Assembly: GCF_001194135.2 (NCBI RefSeq)
Contig: NC_068983.1
Span: 85,389,762 to 85,453,761 of the forward strand
Direction: 5' to 3'
DNA from: Octopus bimaculoides
Lineage: Eukaryota
DNA length: 64,000 nt
Below, in pieces: positions 13,001 through 26,172 of this stretch (position 1 is the first letter of the stretch; each line of letters begins with the position of its first letter). The notes below the pieces were generated by a model that was not told the DNA's origin, searched no databases, and worked only from the letters and a program-made list of their open reading frames with translations. The translations under genes and the position numbers were made by a program.

Positions 13001-15097
13001 GTAATTTAAATTAAAACCTCCCATCAGAATTTTAGGTTAATTTTGGTTCCTCAAACCAGCTTAACCCATTTGATATCAACCTGTCTCAGACGGTTCTTAA
13101 GTCTATGACAGAAATTTCCTGTTTAAAGTGATCTAAATTACAATTTTCCATCAAAATTCTATGTTAATTTGTGATAATGACAAAGTTATTTTACTAAATT
13201 CTTCATTATTTTCAAAATTATTTAAAACAGGAGCAGTAGATTTCAATAGGAGTATGATAACAAAAAGTGTTAATAACAAAATGATTAATATCAAAATAGG
13301 ACTGGATGAGAGGAAGACATCTGTGACAATTTTGAGGGCAAGCAGATATTTGCAAGTCATACTGTACTGTCAAGTAAAAAAAATGTAAGCATCCTGCTAA
13401 GTAAATAACTAGGAAAATGTTTCATTTTGCAACTTCAGTTGTTTTGAGAATGTTACTTTGGGGAAAAATTGGAGCTGGTTGGAATAATGAATGCAGGAAG
13501 CAAACGGTTTAGCTATCACACTGACATAGATAATAACCAATTTTGTTAATATATTTTAAACTCAGTTCAGCCTTGATCAAACAGACTTCTAAGATGATGA
13601 TAATGATGATATACATATATACACATATCTATCTACATACAAACATGCACACAATACATACATATACAAACATACACACACGCACACACTCATATATATA
13701 TATACACATACACATATATATGCATGCAACATACTAATATATCTATTTATTGTTACTTATGCCTAGGTCATTCCTGATGAAGCAGAACTATGACCAAAGA
13801 TTTTTTTCTTTTTTTTTTTCAGAAAATCAATCAAGATTACATTAGCCAATGTCTCATTCTTTTTTTTAAGCCGTATAGTGTGATTTCACAAAGATCTTTG
13901 TTGCTAAATCTTGCAAGCAGGGCAACTATCTGGAATAAGGCTCATGGAGAACTAGTTACACAAATAGCATACATAAATATAATATATGTAATGCTAAAAT
14001 GACAAATTCTAATGCAACTTTTCACCACAATGCCTTACAGCATAAACAAACTATGACAAGATGATGAAGATTTGAGCAAGTTGTTTTGGGGAAAGTGTGG
14101 AAGTTAAGGTTCAAAATTCGTGTTTGGTTGTATGTGCAAGAGAGGTAGGAAATGAGAGACAGACAGACAGAGAAGAACAGAAAGTCAGAGAGAGAACAGA
14201 AAAGAGAGGGAATAAAAAGTCAGAGAATGAGAAGCAGACAGAGAGACAAGAAGAAAGAGTGAGAGAGATTGAGACACATATTAGAGATAAACATATCTAA
14301 AATCCATGGAAAAATGGTTAGAATGTGGTTCCACTAAAAGTTTTGTCAGAATTTGAGAATTCAAAATATTTTGCCTAGTTTCTATAGTCTATTTTAGCAG
14401 CACTGAGTGGAATCAAGAAAACATTAAGTACACATATGTATGCATGTGTATGTGTGCATTTGCACACAGAGAAATGCATTCATGAAAGTGTGTGTGTGTG
14501 TGTGTGTGTGTGTGGATAGTTTTACAAAAAAAAAACAAAAAAAAAAACAAAAACAGTTTCAAAGTAGATTTGCAGTGGAGATTCTTTTGTAATCAATTTC
14601 CTTCCTGATATAAGCAATGGAAATGAAAACTTCAGTCGAGATACTCTTCCTAGTCATGCATTTGGTTATCAGGTCTTAAACTTCAAATTTGACATGGAAG
14701 AAGAAGAAAAAAAACTATAAATTCAAAAGTTATATCCTTAAAATTTTTTCACAAGAATGATCTTAACTAATTTATTGCATCCATTTTCTCCAACAAATCA
14801 TTGCTTAGTTCCAGATTCACTCTGATAGTGCAGACATATAATTAAGTATGCCCCCCTCATAATAATCATCTCTTCTATTACCATCATTATTGTCATAATG
14901 TATCTTGGACTACAATATGCAATGTGTCCTTTTTTTTTTTTTTTTTTAGATAACAGGATGTGAATTGAATGAAATTTGGCTGCTGTTTCCAGCAGGTCAA
15001 ACAAAAGTATAGAGGCTCTTATGTAAGCTCATTTTATTTATTAGTTTATACCAAAGACAAGCCAAAATATAAAACTATATTTTGCAGAGTTTTACCA

Positions 15098-15472
15098 TGT
15101 GGTTGTGTGTTAAGAAGTTTGCATCCGAACCACATGGTTGCAGGTTCAGTCCCATTGCATGGCACCTTGGGTAAGTGTCTTCTACTATAGCCTCAGGTTG
15201 ACCAAAGCCGTGTGAGCAGATTTGGTAGATGGAAACTGAAGGAAGCCCAATATCTATATGCATGTGTCTTTGTGTCTGCCCCCCCCCCCATGACCACCAC
15301 CACCTGACTATGGGTGTTGCTGTGTTTACATCCCCATGACTTAACACCTCAGCAAAAGAGAATAAGTGCTAGGCGTTAAAAAAATTCCTGGGATCAATTT
15401 GTTCAACTAAAGCCCTTCAAGATGGTGCCCCAGCATGGTTGCAGTCAAATGACTGAAACAAATAAAAGATAA
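15098..15472 (+). mobile_element. SINE family A
   Basis: Same head, core and tail as 6245-6667. Confidence 0.85.
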
Positions 15473-16027
15473 AACACACTCAGAATTCTGGTAGGATGAG
15501 GCTCGTTACTGCCTGTAAGAAAGAAGATAAAACCAACACAAAATATCTCCAAATTACTCGATTTTTGCCAAAATAAAACACTTAACACTGATAAATCAAG
15601 CTGAATATAATATAATTCATTAATTTTCCACAGCTATGGACAAATACGAAAGTATTACTTCAACATTGCTTCTCTGTTGAGGCTTTGTTTCCATCATTAA
15701 TTTACCATTTTTACATTTACAGCAAACTTAGGATTGCTGGCATGTTGCAGAGCGGTTTATTAAACCCTTTCTGAAGCAAAGGTAGAACAACAAAGGCAGA
15801 TAATGAAGAGATTTGTATTCACAAAGAGAACATATAAAAGTATAACAATCAATCAGGGGTGAATAGACATCTCTGAAACAGAAAGGAGGGAATACATACA
15901 TCTGATTGGTGGTGGTGGTGGTGGAATATGAATAGGCATACGCACAGACGTTCACTTACTCACACACACACACTAACACAAACATACACAGCATGTGCAC
16001 ACAAACACACAAACATAAACAGTATGT

Positions 16028-16077
<50 letters not shown>

Positions 16078-17314
16078 ATCAAGTAAGTTCTGCAAAGAAT
16101 AGCTGGAAGAGAGATGCTGAGTCAAGATAATAATATCACAAACACAACAGCTTTTAACAAATTGACAGTTTATAATATATAATACTCTTCAAGGTGAACC
16201 TATTTCCTGTAAAAATGGAAAAAAGCCCTCCCAGAAAAGACACGAGTTGTTATTGTCATTATTATTTAGCCACAGGTCAGCTCTTATCAAGAAAACCTAT
16301 AATCAAAGCCATTCCACTCACAACTGTCATGTCCTATTATTCGAGCTCAGTATGCCCACCAGACTAGGTTCACCAATGTCTTTTCTCTTGCAAGACAGTT
16401 AGGAAGTGGTTTAAAAGATTTGACTGCTACTGCTAGCAAATCAGGTTCTCACAGTGTCATTCATCCAAGTAGCCAAGATATCGACGAGTTGCAGGAACTA
16501 CTTTATCTTAAGACATTTTTTTGCTCAATACTTCTATTTGTCTAGGTTTGTCCCATACAACACAAACAGATCTTTCTCTCTAATAAAGATAAATCCATTA
16601 TTTATAGATTTATTTTCCCAGACATTTTGAGCAGACTATTTTCCTTTTATTTAATTTTTCTTTCTTTTTTTTTTTTTTGAGGGTGATGATGTTAGCTATC
16701 TCATTTTTCCATGCAAGAAGGAGCAGAGTAGTTTTTTGCTGGAATAATATTTTTTCTACATTTAAATGTGTGTGTATATAGTATGATACTAATTTATCAC
16801 TGCATGATAAGTGATAAGTAGTCTTATTTCCTATCTTAACTTAAACCATTTTGCTTCTGTAAACATGCCATACAATGGTAATGTGTAAACAATTCTTACA
16901 TTGCCTCTATCTACAAATTTATTTACAAAATACTGGCTTGTTTGCCCTTGATGGTTCTGGAATAAATTTCAAAACACACCCATTTGAAGGCCAAAGATGT
17001 TTACCATTCATATACATCACCATCATTTCTTTGTTTTTGTTTATTTTGTTTTGTTTTTCCAGCGGATAGGCGCAGTTCCAAAACCAAAAGATATTCAACT
17101 GTAGAATGACAGAGCATGCATAACAATTACCAATAAGAGACTGACAGAGACAAAAATGGACAGACCCAGTTTTACTTGCAAAACAAAAACATTTAATTTT
17201 GATAATTCAATTAACAATCATTAAAATTACACCCCACCCCATCTACTGCAATTCAAAAAGTTATTTGGCACGTAAACCTAAATTAACGCTTCCGTTACTT
17301 AAAAAGGAAAGCAA

Positions 17315-18330
17315 TAATAATAATGGTTTCAAATTTTGCTACAAGGACAAAAATTTTGGCAGAGGGGATGAGTCGATTATGTCAACCCTGAAAGGATGAA
17401 AGGCAAAGTCAACCTCAGTGGAATTTGAACTCAGAACATAGGTGACAGGTGAAATACTGCTAAGCATTTTGTCTAGCATGCTAACGATTCTACCAGTTTG
17501 TCATCTATTATTAATAATCCTTTCTACTATAAGCACACGGCCTGAAATTTGTGGGGGCTGGGGGCCCTAGTGAATTACATAGATCCCAGTGCTCAACTGG
17601 AGCTTATTTTATTGACCCTGAAAGGATCAAAGGCAAAGTCAACCCCAGCAAAATTTTATCCAGCTTTCTAATGATTCTGCCAGCTCTTCACTTTAAAAAC
17701 AAAGTTGACCATACAGGATTTGAACTAAGAATGTCAAGAGCCAAAAGAGATGCAACCAAGCATTTTGTCAAGCATACTAACAATGCTGCCGGGCTCACTG
17801 CCGAAAGACTATTGAAAGTTTGTGGACACCTAAGGTTACAGATAGTAACCCACTACCGACCTAAATTCTACCAGGAATAAAGACAAACCGGAGTCAAATC
17901 AATAAAAAAATAATAATCCTTTCTGCTACAAGCACAAGGCCTGAATTTTGTGGAGAGGGGCAAGTCGATTACATCAACCAGAGTACTCAATTGGTACTTA
18001 ATTTATCGACCCCAAAAGGATGAAAGGGCAAAGTCAACCTAGGCGGTGTTTGAACTCAGAACACGAAGACAGATGATATGCTGCTAAGCATTTGGCCTGG
18101 CATGCTAACGATTCTGCCAGCTCATCACTAATAATCATAATAATAATAATCTATTATAAGGCCTGAAATTTTGTGGGAGGTGACTAATTGGATACATCAA
18201 CCCCGAAAGGATGAATAATCATCATCATAATAATAATAATGGTTTCAAATTTTGGCACAGGACCAGCAATTTTCTCAGAGTAGTTGGAGGAAGTCGAATG
18301 CAAGGAGTCCAATATTCAACTGGTACTTGG
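17315..18330 (-). mobile_element. Tandem cluster of SINE family B copies and fragments separated by (AAT)n
   Basis: GAAAGGATGAAAGGCAAAGTCAACC...GAATTTGAACTCAGAA recurs; at least 3 long copies and 2 fragments. Confidence 0.85.
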
Positions 18331-18334
18331 TAAT

Positions 18335-18710
18335 GAACACCTGGTATGTATTATTATCTCTTTTAATATGGCTTAAAATCTTAAGTGGATTACATACTCG
18401 GTGCCCATCAACAAGTCATACAACCTCAGATACAGAATACTATTCCTAGTTTGTTGGTAGTTCCAAGAAGTGCCAATTTCTATAAGGATACAATGCCAGG
18501 TGTTATATTTAGCTTGTTCGTGTATGTTTTGGTAACTTGTTAGGAATGGAGCCAAGGGTACTAATTACTATTCTCACAACTTCAGTTTGTATTCCACATT
18601 CTTGAAATTTGCAATCAAATCTTCAAATAATTATGTCTTCCCATGCTCTCTGCTAGCTATATCATGGTCACCTAGAATGGCTACATCTATAACGTAGCAT
18701 TTCTGAGTCT
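18335..18710 (-). mobile_element. 3' fragment of an R4/Dong-like non-LTR retrotransposon (restriction-like endonuclease)
   Basis: Frameshifted translation KCYVIDVAILGD...REHGK...FEDL..ISRMWN..TEVVRIVISTLGSIP...LALLGT matches the C-terminal REL domain pattern (IIDVA.PGD...EK..KY.DL...W...VVPIVIGALG). The truncated 5' end abuts (AAT)n. Confidence 0.7.
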
Positions 18711-18725
18711 GATTATTATTATTAT

Positions 18726-19362
18726 TGTAAGGCAACAAGCTGGCAGAATCATTAGCACACCAGGCAAAATGTTTAGTGCCTTTCATCCTTTCAGGGTCGA
18801 TAAAATAAGAACCAGTTGAGTACTGGAATTGGTATAATTGACTAACCCCCACCCCAAATTTCATGCCTTGTGCCTATAGTAGAAATTACTATTATTATTA
18901 TTATTATTATTATTAGTAGTAGTAGTAGTATTATTATAAGGCAACAAGTGGACAGAATTGTTAGTATGCCAGGCGAAATGCTTAGCAGCATTTCGTCCAA
19001 CCTTACATTCTTAGTTCAAATTCTGCTGAGGTCAGCTTTGCCTTTCAATCTTTTCAGGATTGACAAATTAAGTACCAGTTGAACACTGGGGTTGATGTAA
19101 TCAACTTACACCCTCCCCTAAATTACTAGTCCTGTGCCAAAATTTGAAATCATCATTATTATAATTAGGGCGACAAGCTGGCAGAATTGTTAGCACGCCA
19201 GACAAAGTGCTTAACGATATTTCATCTGTCTTTTCAATCTAAATTCAAATTCTGCCATTGTCAATTTTGCCTTTCATCCTTTTGGGGTCAATTAAAAAAG
19301 TACCGTTCAGCACTGGGTTTGATATAATTTACTAAACCTCTTCCCCCAAATTTCAGGCCTTC
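18726..19362 (+). mobile_element. Tandem cluster of three SINE family B copies separated by (ATT)n
   Basis: Heads AAGGCAACAAGCTGGCAGAAT at about 18728, 18938 and 19168. Confidence 0.85.
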
Positions 19363-20000
19363 AGTTTGTCTTTTATCTATTACATGTTTCAGTTGTTAGA
19401 CTGCAACCATGCTGGGGCACCACCTTGAAGAATTTTTAGAAGAATGAATTGATCCCAGTACTTATTTTTTTTTAAAGCCTAGTACTTATTCTATTGATCT
19501 CTTTTTTTGAACCACTAAGTTACAGGGATGTAAACATACCAACACGTGCATAGATGTGTATGTGTACACACACACACACACACACACATACACACACACA
19601 CAACAGTCTTCTTTCAGTTTCTACCTACCAAATCCATTCACAAGGCCTGAGGCAACTAGAAGACACTTGCCCAAGATGTCATGAAGTGGGACTAAACTTG
19701 AAACCATGTGGTTGGGAAGCAAACTTCTTATTTCTTTACTGCCCACAAGGGGCTACACACAGAGGGGACAAACAAGGACAGACAAACGGATTAAGTCGAT
19801 TATATCGACTCCAGTGCGTAACTGGTACTTATTTAATCGACCCCGAAAGGATGAAAGGTAAAGTCAACCTCGGCGGAATTTGAACTCAGAACGTAACGGC
19901 AGACGAAATATTGCTAAGCATTTCGCCCAGTGTGCTAAAGTTTCTGCCAGCTCGCCGCCTTAAGCAAACTTCTTACCACACAGCTATGCTTGCACCTATA
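19363..20000 (-). mobile_element. SINE family A interrupted by a SINE family B insertion
   Basis: Family A sequence resumes at 19962 after a 14-bp duplication. Confidence 0.85.
19731..19961 (-). mobile_element. SINE family B, young subfamily with alternative tail; 14-bp TSD
   Basis: AAGCAAACTTCTTA at 19717-19730 and 19962-19975. Head GGCGGCGAGCTGGCAGAA...GAGTTCAAATTCC; central GCCTTTCATCCTTTCGGGGTCGAT..AAGTACCAG. Confidence 0.9.
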
Positions 20001-20422
20001 AAAATATACCCATCATGACTACTTGTCTGATAAGGGTACACCAGGCATATGTATCACAACCGTATGTGCGTGACATGGTGATCTCATACCGAAATAAACA
20101 GCACATGACCTTGCCGGTGGGGGTCCAGTTATTGTTATTATATAATTGTTCAACATTTGTTAGTTACAGGGATGCTGTAATAATAATTGTTTCTAACAAA
20201 GGTACAAGCCCAGGAATTTGGTGGGTAGGGGTTAGTTAATAAATTCAAACCCAGTTCTTGACTGACACTATAATTTACTGACCCTGGAAGAATAAAAGAT
20301 AAAGTTAAGCTCAGCAGAATTTGAACTCAGAATGTCAAGAGCAAGAGCTGGATGAAATTAAATACCACAAACCATACTTCTGATACTGCAAATCGAACAC
20401 CTTTGATGAAAAAATGTTTATA

Positions 20423-20585
20423 GGTGCAGGAGTGGCTATGTGGTAAGTAGCTTGCTTACCAACCACATGGTTCCGGGTTCATTCCCACTACGTGGCACCT
20501 TGGGCAAGTGTCTTCTACTGTAGCCTCGGGCCGACCAAAGCCTTGTGAGTGGATTTGGTAGACAGAAACTGAAAGAAGCCCGTCG

Positions 20586-20627
<42 letters not shown>

Positions 20628-20833
20628 TCCCCCCACCATCGCTTGACAACCGATGCTGGTGTGTTTACGTCCCCGTAACTTAGCGGTTCAGCAAAAGTGA
20701 CCGATAGAATAAGTACTAGGCTTCCAAAGAATAAGTCCTGGGGTCGATCTGCTCGACTAAAAGCAGTGCTCCAGCATGGCCGCAGTCAAATGACTGAAAC
20801 AAATAAAAGAGTAAGAGAGTAAAAGAGTAAAGA
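20423..20833 (+). mobile_element. SINE family A (well-preserved copy)
   Basis: Full head, CACCTTGGGCAAGTGTCTTCTAC core, (TG)n and tail. Confidence 0.9.
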
Positions 20834-21470
20834 GATAAGGTCAGCAGTTTTGAGGAAAGATAAACAATTAAATACATCAACCCCAGTATATGACTTGTAC
20901 TTCATTTTATGGAACCTTAACGGAAAAAAGACAAAACTGATCCCAGCAGGATTTGAATTCAGAACAGAAATAGCCAGAACAAATACTGCAAGGCACTTTT
21001 TTCTTTTTCATTTTCCAAAGCTCTATTGATTCTGCCAGTCAACCATCCTACTACCAATCTACCTCTAATGATGATAATGTTAAATAATGATAACAACTAC
21101 AACAGCAACAGTACCAGTCACCAAAATACCAGACGCTATTCTGTAACTTTGCTTTGTTAGGAAAAAAAGAAAGAAAATACCATAATTAAACAATGTGGAA
21201 TTTCAAATGAAGAAATATTGAAAAACCCTGCTTTGATAAATTTACACAATCAGCTTGCTCAATCAATTGAGCAACAACAGAAAGTAATCTGGATGGTTGT
21301 GAACAATATAGTAAAGCAAGAAAAACAGCAAGTCATTGGAACATGCTAGCAGGGTGGGTTGTCTTGTGCTGCAACTAAGATGCTCTCAAACAAATACAAG
21401 TCAAGTAAGCAAACTAATTCTAGCAAATAAACAACAGATATGTAATAAATTATACTTGTTTGCCAACAAA

Positions 21471-21517
<47 letters not shown>

Positions 21518-22328
21518 NNNNNNNNNNNNNNNNNNNNNNNNNNNNNNNNNNNNNNNNNNNNNNNNNNNNNNNNNNNNNNNNNNNNNNNNNNNNNNNNNNN
21601 NNNNNNNNNNNNNNNNNNNNNNNNNNNNNNNNNNNNNNNNNNNNNNNNNNNNNNNNNNNNNNNNNNNNNNNNNNNNNNNNNNNNNNNNNNNNNNNNNNNN
21701 NNNNNNNNNNNNNNNNNNNNNNNNNNNNNNNNNNNNNNNNNNNNNNNNNNNNNNNNNNNNNNNNNNNNNNNNNNNNNNNNNNNNNNNNNNNNNNNNNNNN
21801 NNNNNNNNNNNNNNNNNNNNNNNNNNNNNNNNNNNNNNNNNNNNNNNNNNNNNNNNNNNNNNNNNNNNNNNNNNNNNNNNNNNNNNNNNNNNNNNNNNNN
21901 NNNNNNNNNNNNNNNNNNNNNNNNNNNNNNNNNNNNNNNNNNNNNNNNNNNTTAAATAAAAAAAAAAAAAACTTTAATAAAATTGACATAATTATTTAGA
22001 TATTTTATGATGGAATTAGGTTTACAGAAGGCTAAAACATTCCTCTAGCCACTAAATGTGATTTTTTCTGTTTAAAGCTTAATTTCAGGGACATCACTCA
22101 AACTTTTCCAGCCCTTCAAGAGACCAGGGTTAGAAAGAGGATCATAGTATAATCATTGTTTAGTTTGAATTTTGCAGATGAACAGTTGCAAGAGTCACAG
22201 TGTTAGGAAGGAGCTTCAAAAAGATGTAGATTTTTAAAGGTAGGATTATTATATAAATTGTTTGAAGATTAGAATCAGTGAAGAAAAGAACAATTCACAG
22301 TTGAATTGCAAGTTTAACTCAAACTTAC

Positions 22329-22360
22329 CTTGTATGTTTACATCAAACAAAATATCAAAG
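22329..22360 (-). CDS. Possible small exon (FDILFDVNIQ)
   Basis: TATATTTAG acceptor, strong donor AAG/GTAAGT, single open frame (phase 2 to 1). Needs unseen neighbouring exons to fit the chain. Confidence 0.3.
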
Positions 22361-23343
22361 CTAAATATAATACATTCATGCTTTAGCAAGCATTCAAACC
22401 AGATCCATTCTTCCCTCTCTACCTACAGATTTGCACCAAGCATCAACCATATTGATCTCATCTGTCTTGTTATGAGCACTGCCTCTCTACCTCTGGCTTA
22501 CTTATTAAAGAAATAACAATATTAATATCTAAGATTTATTCAATCTAATAGATTGAATAAACTAGATTGTGTAAGGATGGAAAATAAATGTGAACTCCTT
22601 TAACGCAAATGAAAATATTTAATGGCTGACAGGATTTAGGTCCAGTGCAGATGTTACCCAACAGCTACATAAACAAGCTGAAGTGAGCATATTGAGATAC
22701 ACTACAAGACATTACCTAGTGGTCTAGTACTCTACAGCCATGTGAACTGAGGTGAGGTAGAGAAACAATACAAAACATTTCAAGCATTGGTACCAACAGT
22801 GAATATGTTTGCTCTCAAAATGAAATAAACACAACAGGAGTAAATTTGGCTGTCAGATAACCTAACAATTATAAAACTGCCATCAAGCATTGATTTCTTT
22901 AGATTCTTATATTTGCTCTAATTAGAAACAGTCCACTTCAATATCTTTCTTCCATCAAGCCAATCCTGTGTCACATTTACCTATTTCATTAAGTCACATG
23001 GCTGGTTAAAAATTAAAACTGTTCTTTTACCATTTAAAAAAAAAAAAAGTTTCTACAAACATTAACATTAAGAATTAAAAATTGTTTGTCTGATAGTCAC
23101 AAAACCACAGTTAAAGTAGTGACAGATTAAATGCGTCCTAGTATGCTGCTGGTACTTTTTTTTTTTTTTTGCAATTTACAACAGTAATACAAATGCCAAT
23201 ATCAACCCTGGTGAGATTTAAACTCCGGAACATGAAATAAATATAAATATAAACATTGGAGCCATTCTGGTTCCTAAACCTTATAGGTTAAATTAGTCAA
23301 AGTAATTAGTACCTAACCAATTTATGGAACTCAGGGCAGGTCA

Positions 23344-23569
23344 GACCCTTTAGCATCTAAACTAATCATATCCAGCCCAGATATTTTACCAGTTTTATGT
23401 TAAACCTAGCCTGATCCAGCATCTCACACCTACCCTACAATACTGTTCTAAAAATAAACAATCACATCATCAAAATTACAAAGCTACAAAATAATGCATG
23501 GTCAATTCAAAACAATGTGAATAAATAAGTGTTACATTTGACGCAGTAATCTAAACGATAAAGGATTAA
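23344..23569 (+). mobile_element. MITE family C
   Basis: Conserved interior (CACACCTACCCTACAAT...AATCACATCATC...AAAACAATGTGAATAAATAAG). Confidence 0.78.
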
Positions 23570-23904
23570 GCCAGAAATGTGGTTATAACAGTCAGGCCTT
23601 AATACCATTGACAGCATAAGGCATAGAGAGAAGTGGTTCCAAGCAGAAAGAAAACTGACTCTCAGTCTGGCTTCATCTTATTATAGAGCATTTTCAATGT
23701 TTAATGAGAATGATAAAGAAAGAAAAAAAAATAATAAAGAAAATTAATTTATTTTAAATTCTAGATATAGTATGTTTGATTTCTTCCAAAATCCAAGCAG
23801 TAAATGGTGTTTGCTTTGAGAATTCATTAGAAGAATCGCTGTATGGTTTACCTCAAACAGAATAATATAATTTAATTTTCCATGTGTACAAAATGAACAT
23901 CTAA

Positions 23905-24321
23905 TTTGGCAGAATCATTAGAGCATTAGACAAAATGCTTTGCAGTTAGCTTTGGCACTTTATACTCTGAGCTAAAATCCTGCCAACTCAGCCTTTCAAC
24001 TTCACAGGGTCGATAACTTAAGTACCAGTCAAGTAGGGAGTTCATTTTCACTACTAACCCCACACACAAACTTGTGGCCTTGTTAGCAATAATTATAATT
24101 ATTATTGAAGTGGTGAGCTGGCAGAATTGTTAGCATACTGGACAAAATGCTTCGTGGCATTTTGTCTGTCTTTAGGTTCTGAATTCAAATTCTGCCAAGG
24201 TCAACTTTGCTTTTCATCATTTCAGGGGTTAATAAAATAAGTACCAGTCAAACACTGGGGTTAATGTAATCAACTGTCTCCCTCCCTACAAATTTCAGGA
24301 ATTGTGTCTATAGTAAAAAGG

Positions 24322-24354
<33 letters not shown>

Positions 24355-24896
24355 TAGCACGCCAGGCATAATGCTTGGCAGTATTTTGCCTGTCTTCATG
24401 CTCTGAGTCCAAGTTCTGTCTTTGTGCTCTGAGTCCAAGTTCCTTCAAGGTTGACTTTGCCTTTCATCCCTTCGGGATTAATAAAATGCGTACCAGTTGA
24501 GTGCTGGAGTTAATGAAATCAGCTATTCCCCACCTCAAAAATTTCAGGCTTTGTGCCTATAGTAGAAAGCATTTTTTTAAAAATTTTGTTAGACTTATTT
24601 ACATGCAAAACCCTTACAACAACATACTCACACACATACAATCTTTGTTGTGTCCTGTACTGTCCATAATGTTATTCTTATTGCAAATCCTTGTGGTTAA
24701 TAAAGAAATCATTATTATCATTATTATTAAGGTGGCAAGCTGGCAGAATTCTTAACACATTCAAATTCCACCAAGGTCAACTTATCCTTTCTGAGTTGAT
24801 AAAATAAGTACCAGTTGAGTACCGGGGTCAATGTATTTGACTCATCCCCAAAACTGCTGGCCTTCTGCCAAATTCTGAAACTACTACTACTACTAC

Positions 24897-24971
<75 letters not shown>

Positions 24972-25190
24972 GGCAGTGAGCTGGCAGACTTGTTAGCACG
25001 CTGGACTAAATGCTTAGCAGTATTTTGCCCATCACTACATTCTGAGTTCACATTCCGCCAAAGTCAACTTTGCCTTTTATCCTTTCAGGGTCAATAAATT
25101 AAGTACCAGTTGAGTACTGGGGTCAATGTAATTGATTACCCCCGTCCCACTGAGTTCAGACCTTGTGACTATAGTAGAAAGGATTATTTA
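23905..25190 (+). mobile_element. Head-to-tail array of five SINE family B copies, mostly joined by (ATT)n tracts
   Basis: Copies start at about 23905, 24108, 24355, 24728 and 24970. Confidence 0.88.
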
Positions 25191-25559
25191 TCATCATCAT
25201 CATCATTATTAATACAAATGGCTCCTTCACAATATTCACTTTTGATGAGGTTTGTATTGAATATGTATTTATTGATTAAAACACATATTTCTTTAATAAA
25301 AATAACATCATCCTCAATAGATCCCTATCCCAACCTCCATATTCTCCCAATATGAAGACTGTTATGTAGTCCATTCACTTTCTTGTATTTGTATAAACTT
25401 ATTTTTTCACCTGTTACTACACATTCCAATATGGGGGAGAAATGTAGAAAGAAAAAATAAAGCCAGAGCAGCATGAAACTAAATTAATAGAAGCCAACCG
25501 TGTACTAGAGAGGAAATTGGACATGTATGACAGATTATGTATTTAGAATATATCCAGAT

Positions 25560-26172
25560 AATCATCATCATTGTTTAATGTCTGTTTTCCATGCTAGCAT
25601 GGGTTGGACAATTTGACTGAGGACTGGTGAACCAGATGGCTACACCAGGCTCCAATCTGATTTGGTAGAGTTTCTACAGCTGGATGCCCTTCCTAACGCC
25701 AACCACTCCGAGAGTGTAGTGGGTGCTTTTACGTGCCACCGGCACGAAGGTCAGTCAGGCGATACTGGCAACGGCCACGCTCGAAATGGTGTATTTTACG
25801 TGCCACCTGCACAGGAGCCAGTCCAGCGGTACTGGCAACGAATTCGCTTGAATGTCTTCTCATGTGTCACTGGCACAAGTGCCAGGAAGGCGACGCTGGT
25901 TACGATCACGCTCAAATGGTGCTATTTATGTGTCACCGGCACAGAAGCCAAACAGCTGCTCTGGCAACGATCATGCTCGAACGGTGCTGTTAGCACTCCA
26001 CTGGTACAGGTGCCATCACGATTTCGCTTTCGCTTGCCCCAACAGGTCTTCGCAAGCCAAGTTTAGTGTTCAATGAAAGAGACGTTGGCATGGGTGCCAG
26101 TCATCAAATTAAGTTTGATTTCGATTTCACTTGCCTCAACAGGTCTTCGCAAGCAGAGTTTAGTATCCAATG
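25560..26172 (-). mobile_element. SINE family E, headless copy with expanded internal 64-67 bp array
   Basis: Same tail as 27006-27465; GTG(C/T)CAC(C/T)(G/T)GCAC units at 25733, 25800, 25864 and 25930. Tail-only fragments at about 650-750, 3610-3720, 28390-28550, 28930-29110, 34315-34460, 38560-38720 and 41810-41900. Confidence 0.8.

Noticed and set aside
21161-21283. Plus-strand exon candidates (21161-21283, 39733-39762, ~47593-47670, 54918-54986, 59869-59903, 61433 onward)
   Set aside because: Plausible splice sites and open frames, but no recognisable protein, and they conflict with the better-supported minus-strand chain. Such hits arise by chance in AT-rich DNA. Left unresolved rather than disproven.
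25726-26010. CRISPR array interpretation of the palindromic repeat-spacer pattern
   Set aside because: Eukaryotic context, no cas genes, degenerate repeats, 'spacers' similar to one another, and the array sits inside a SINE.
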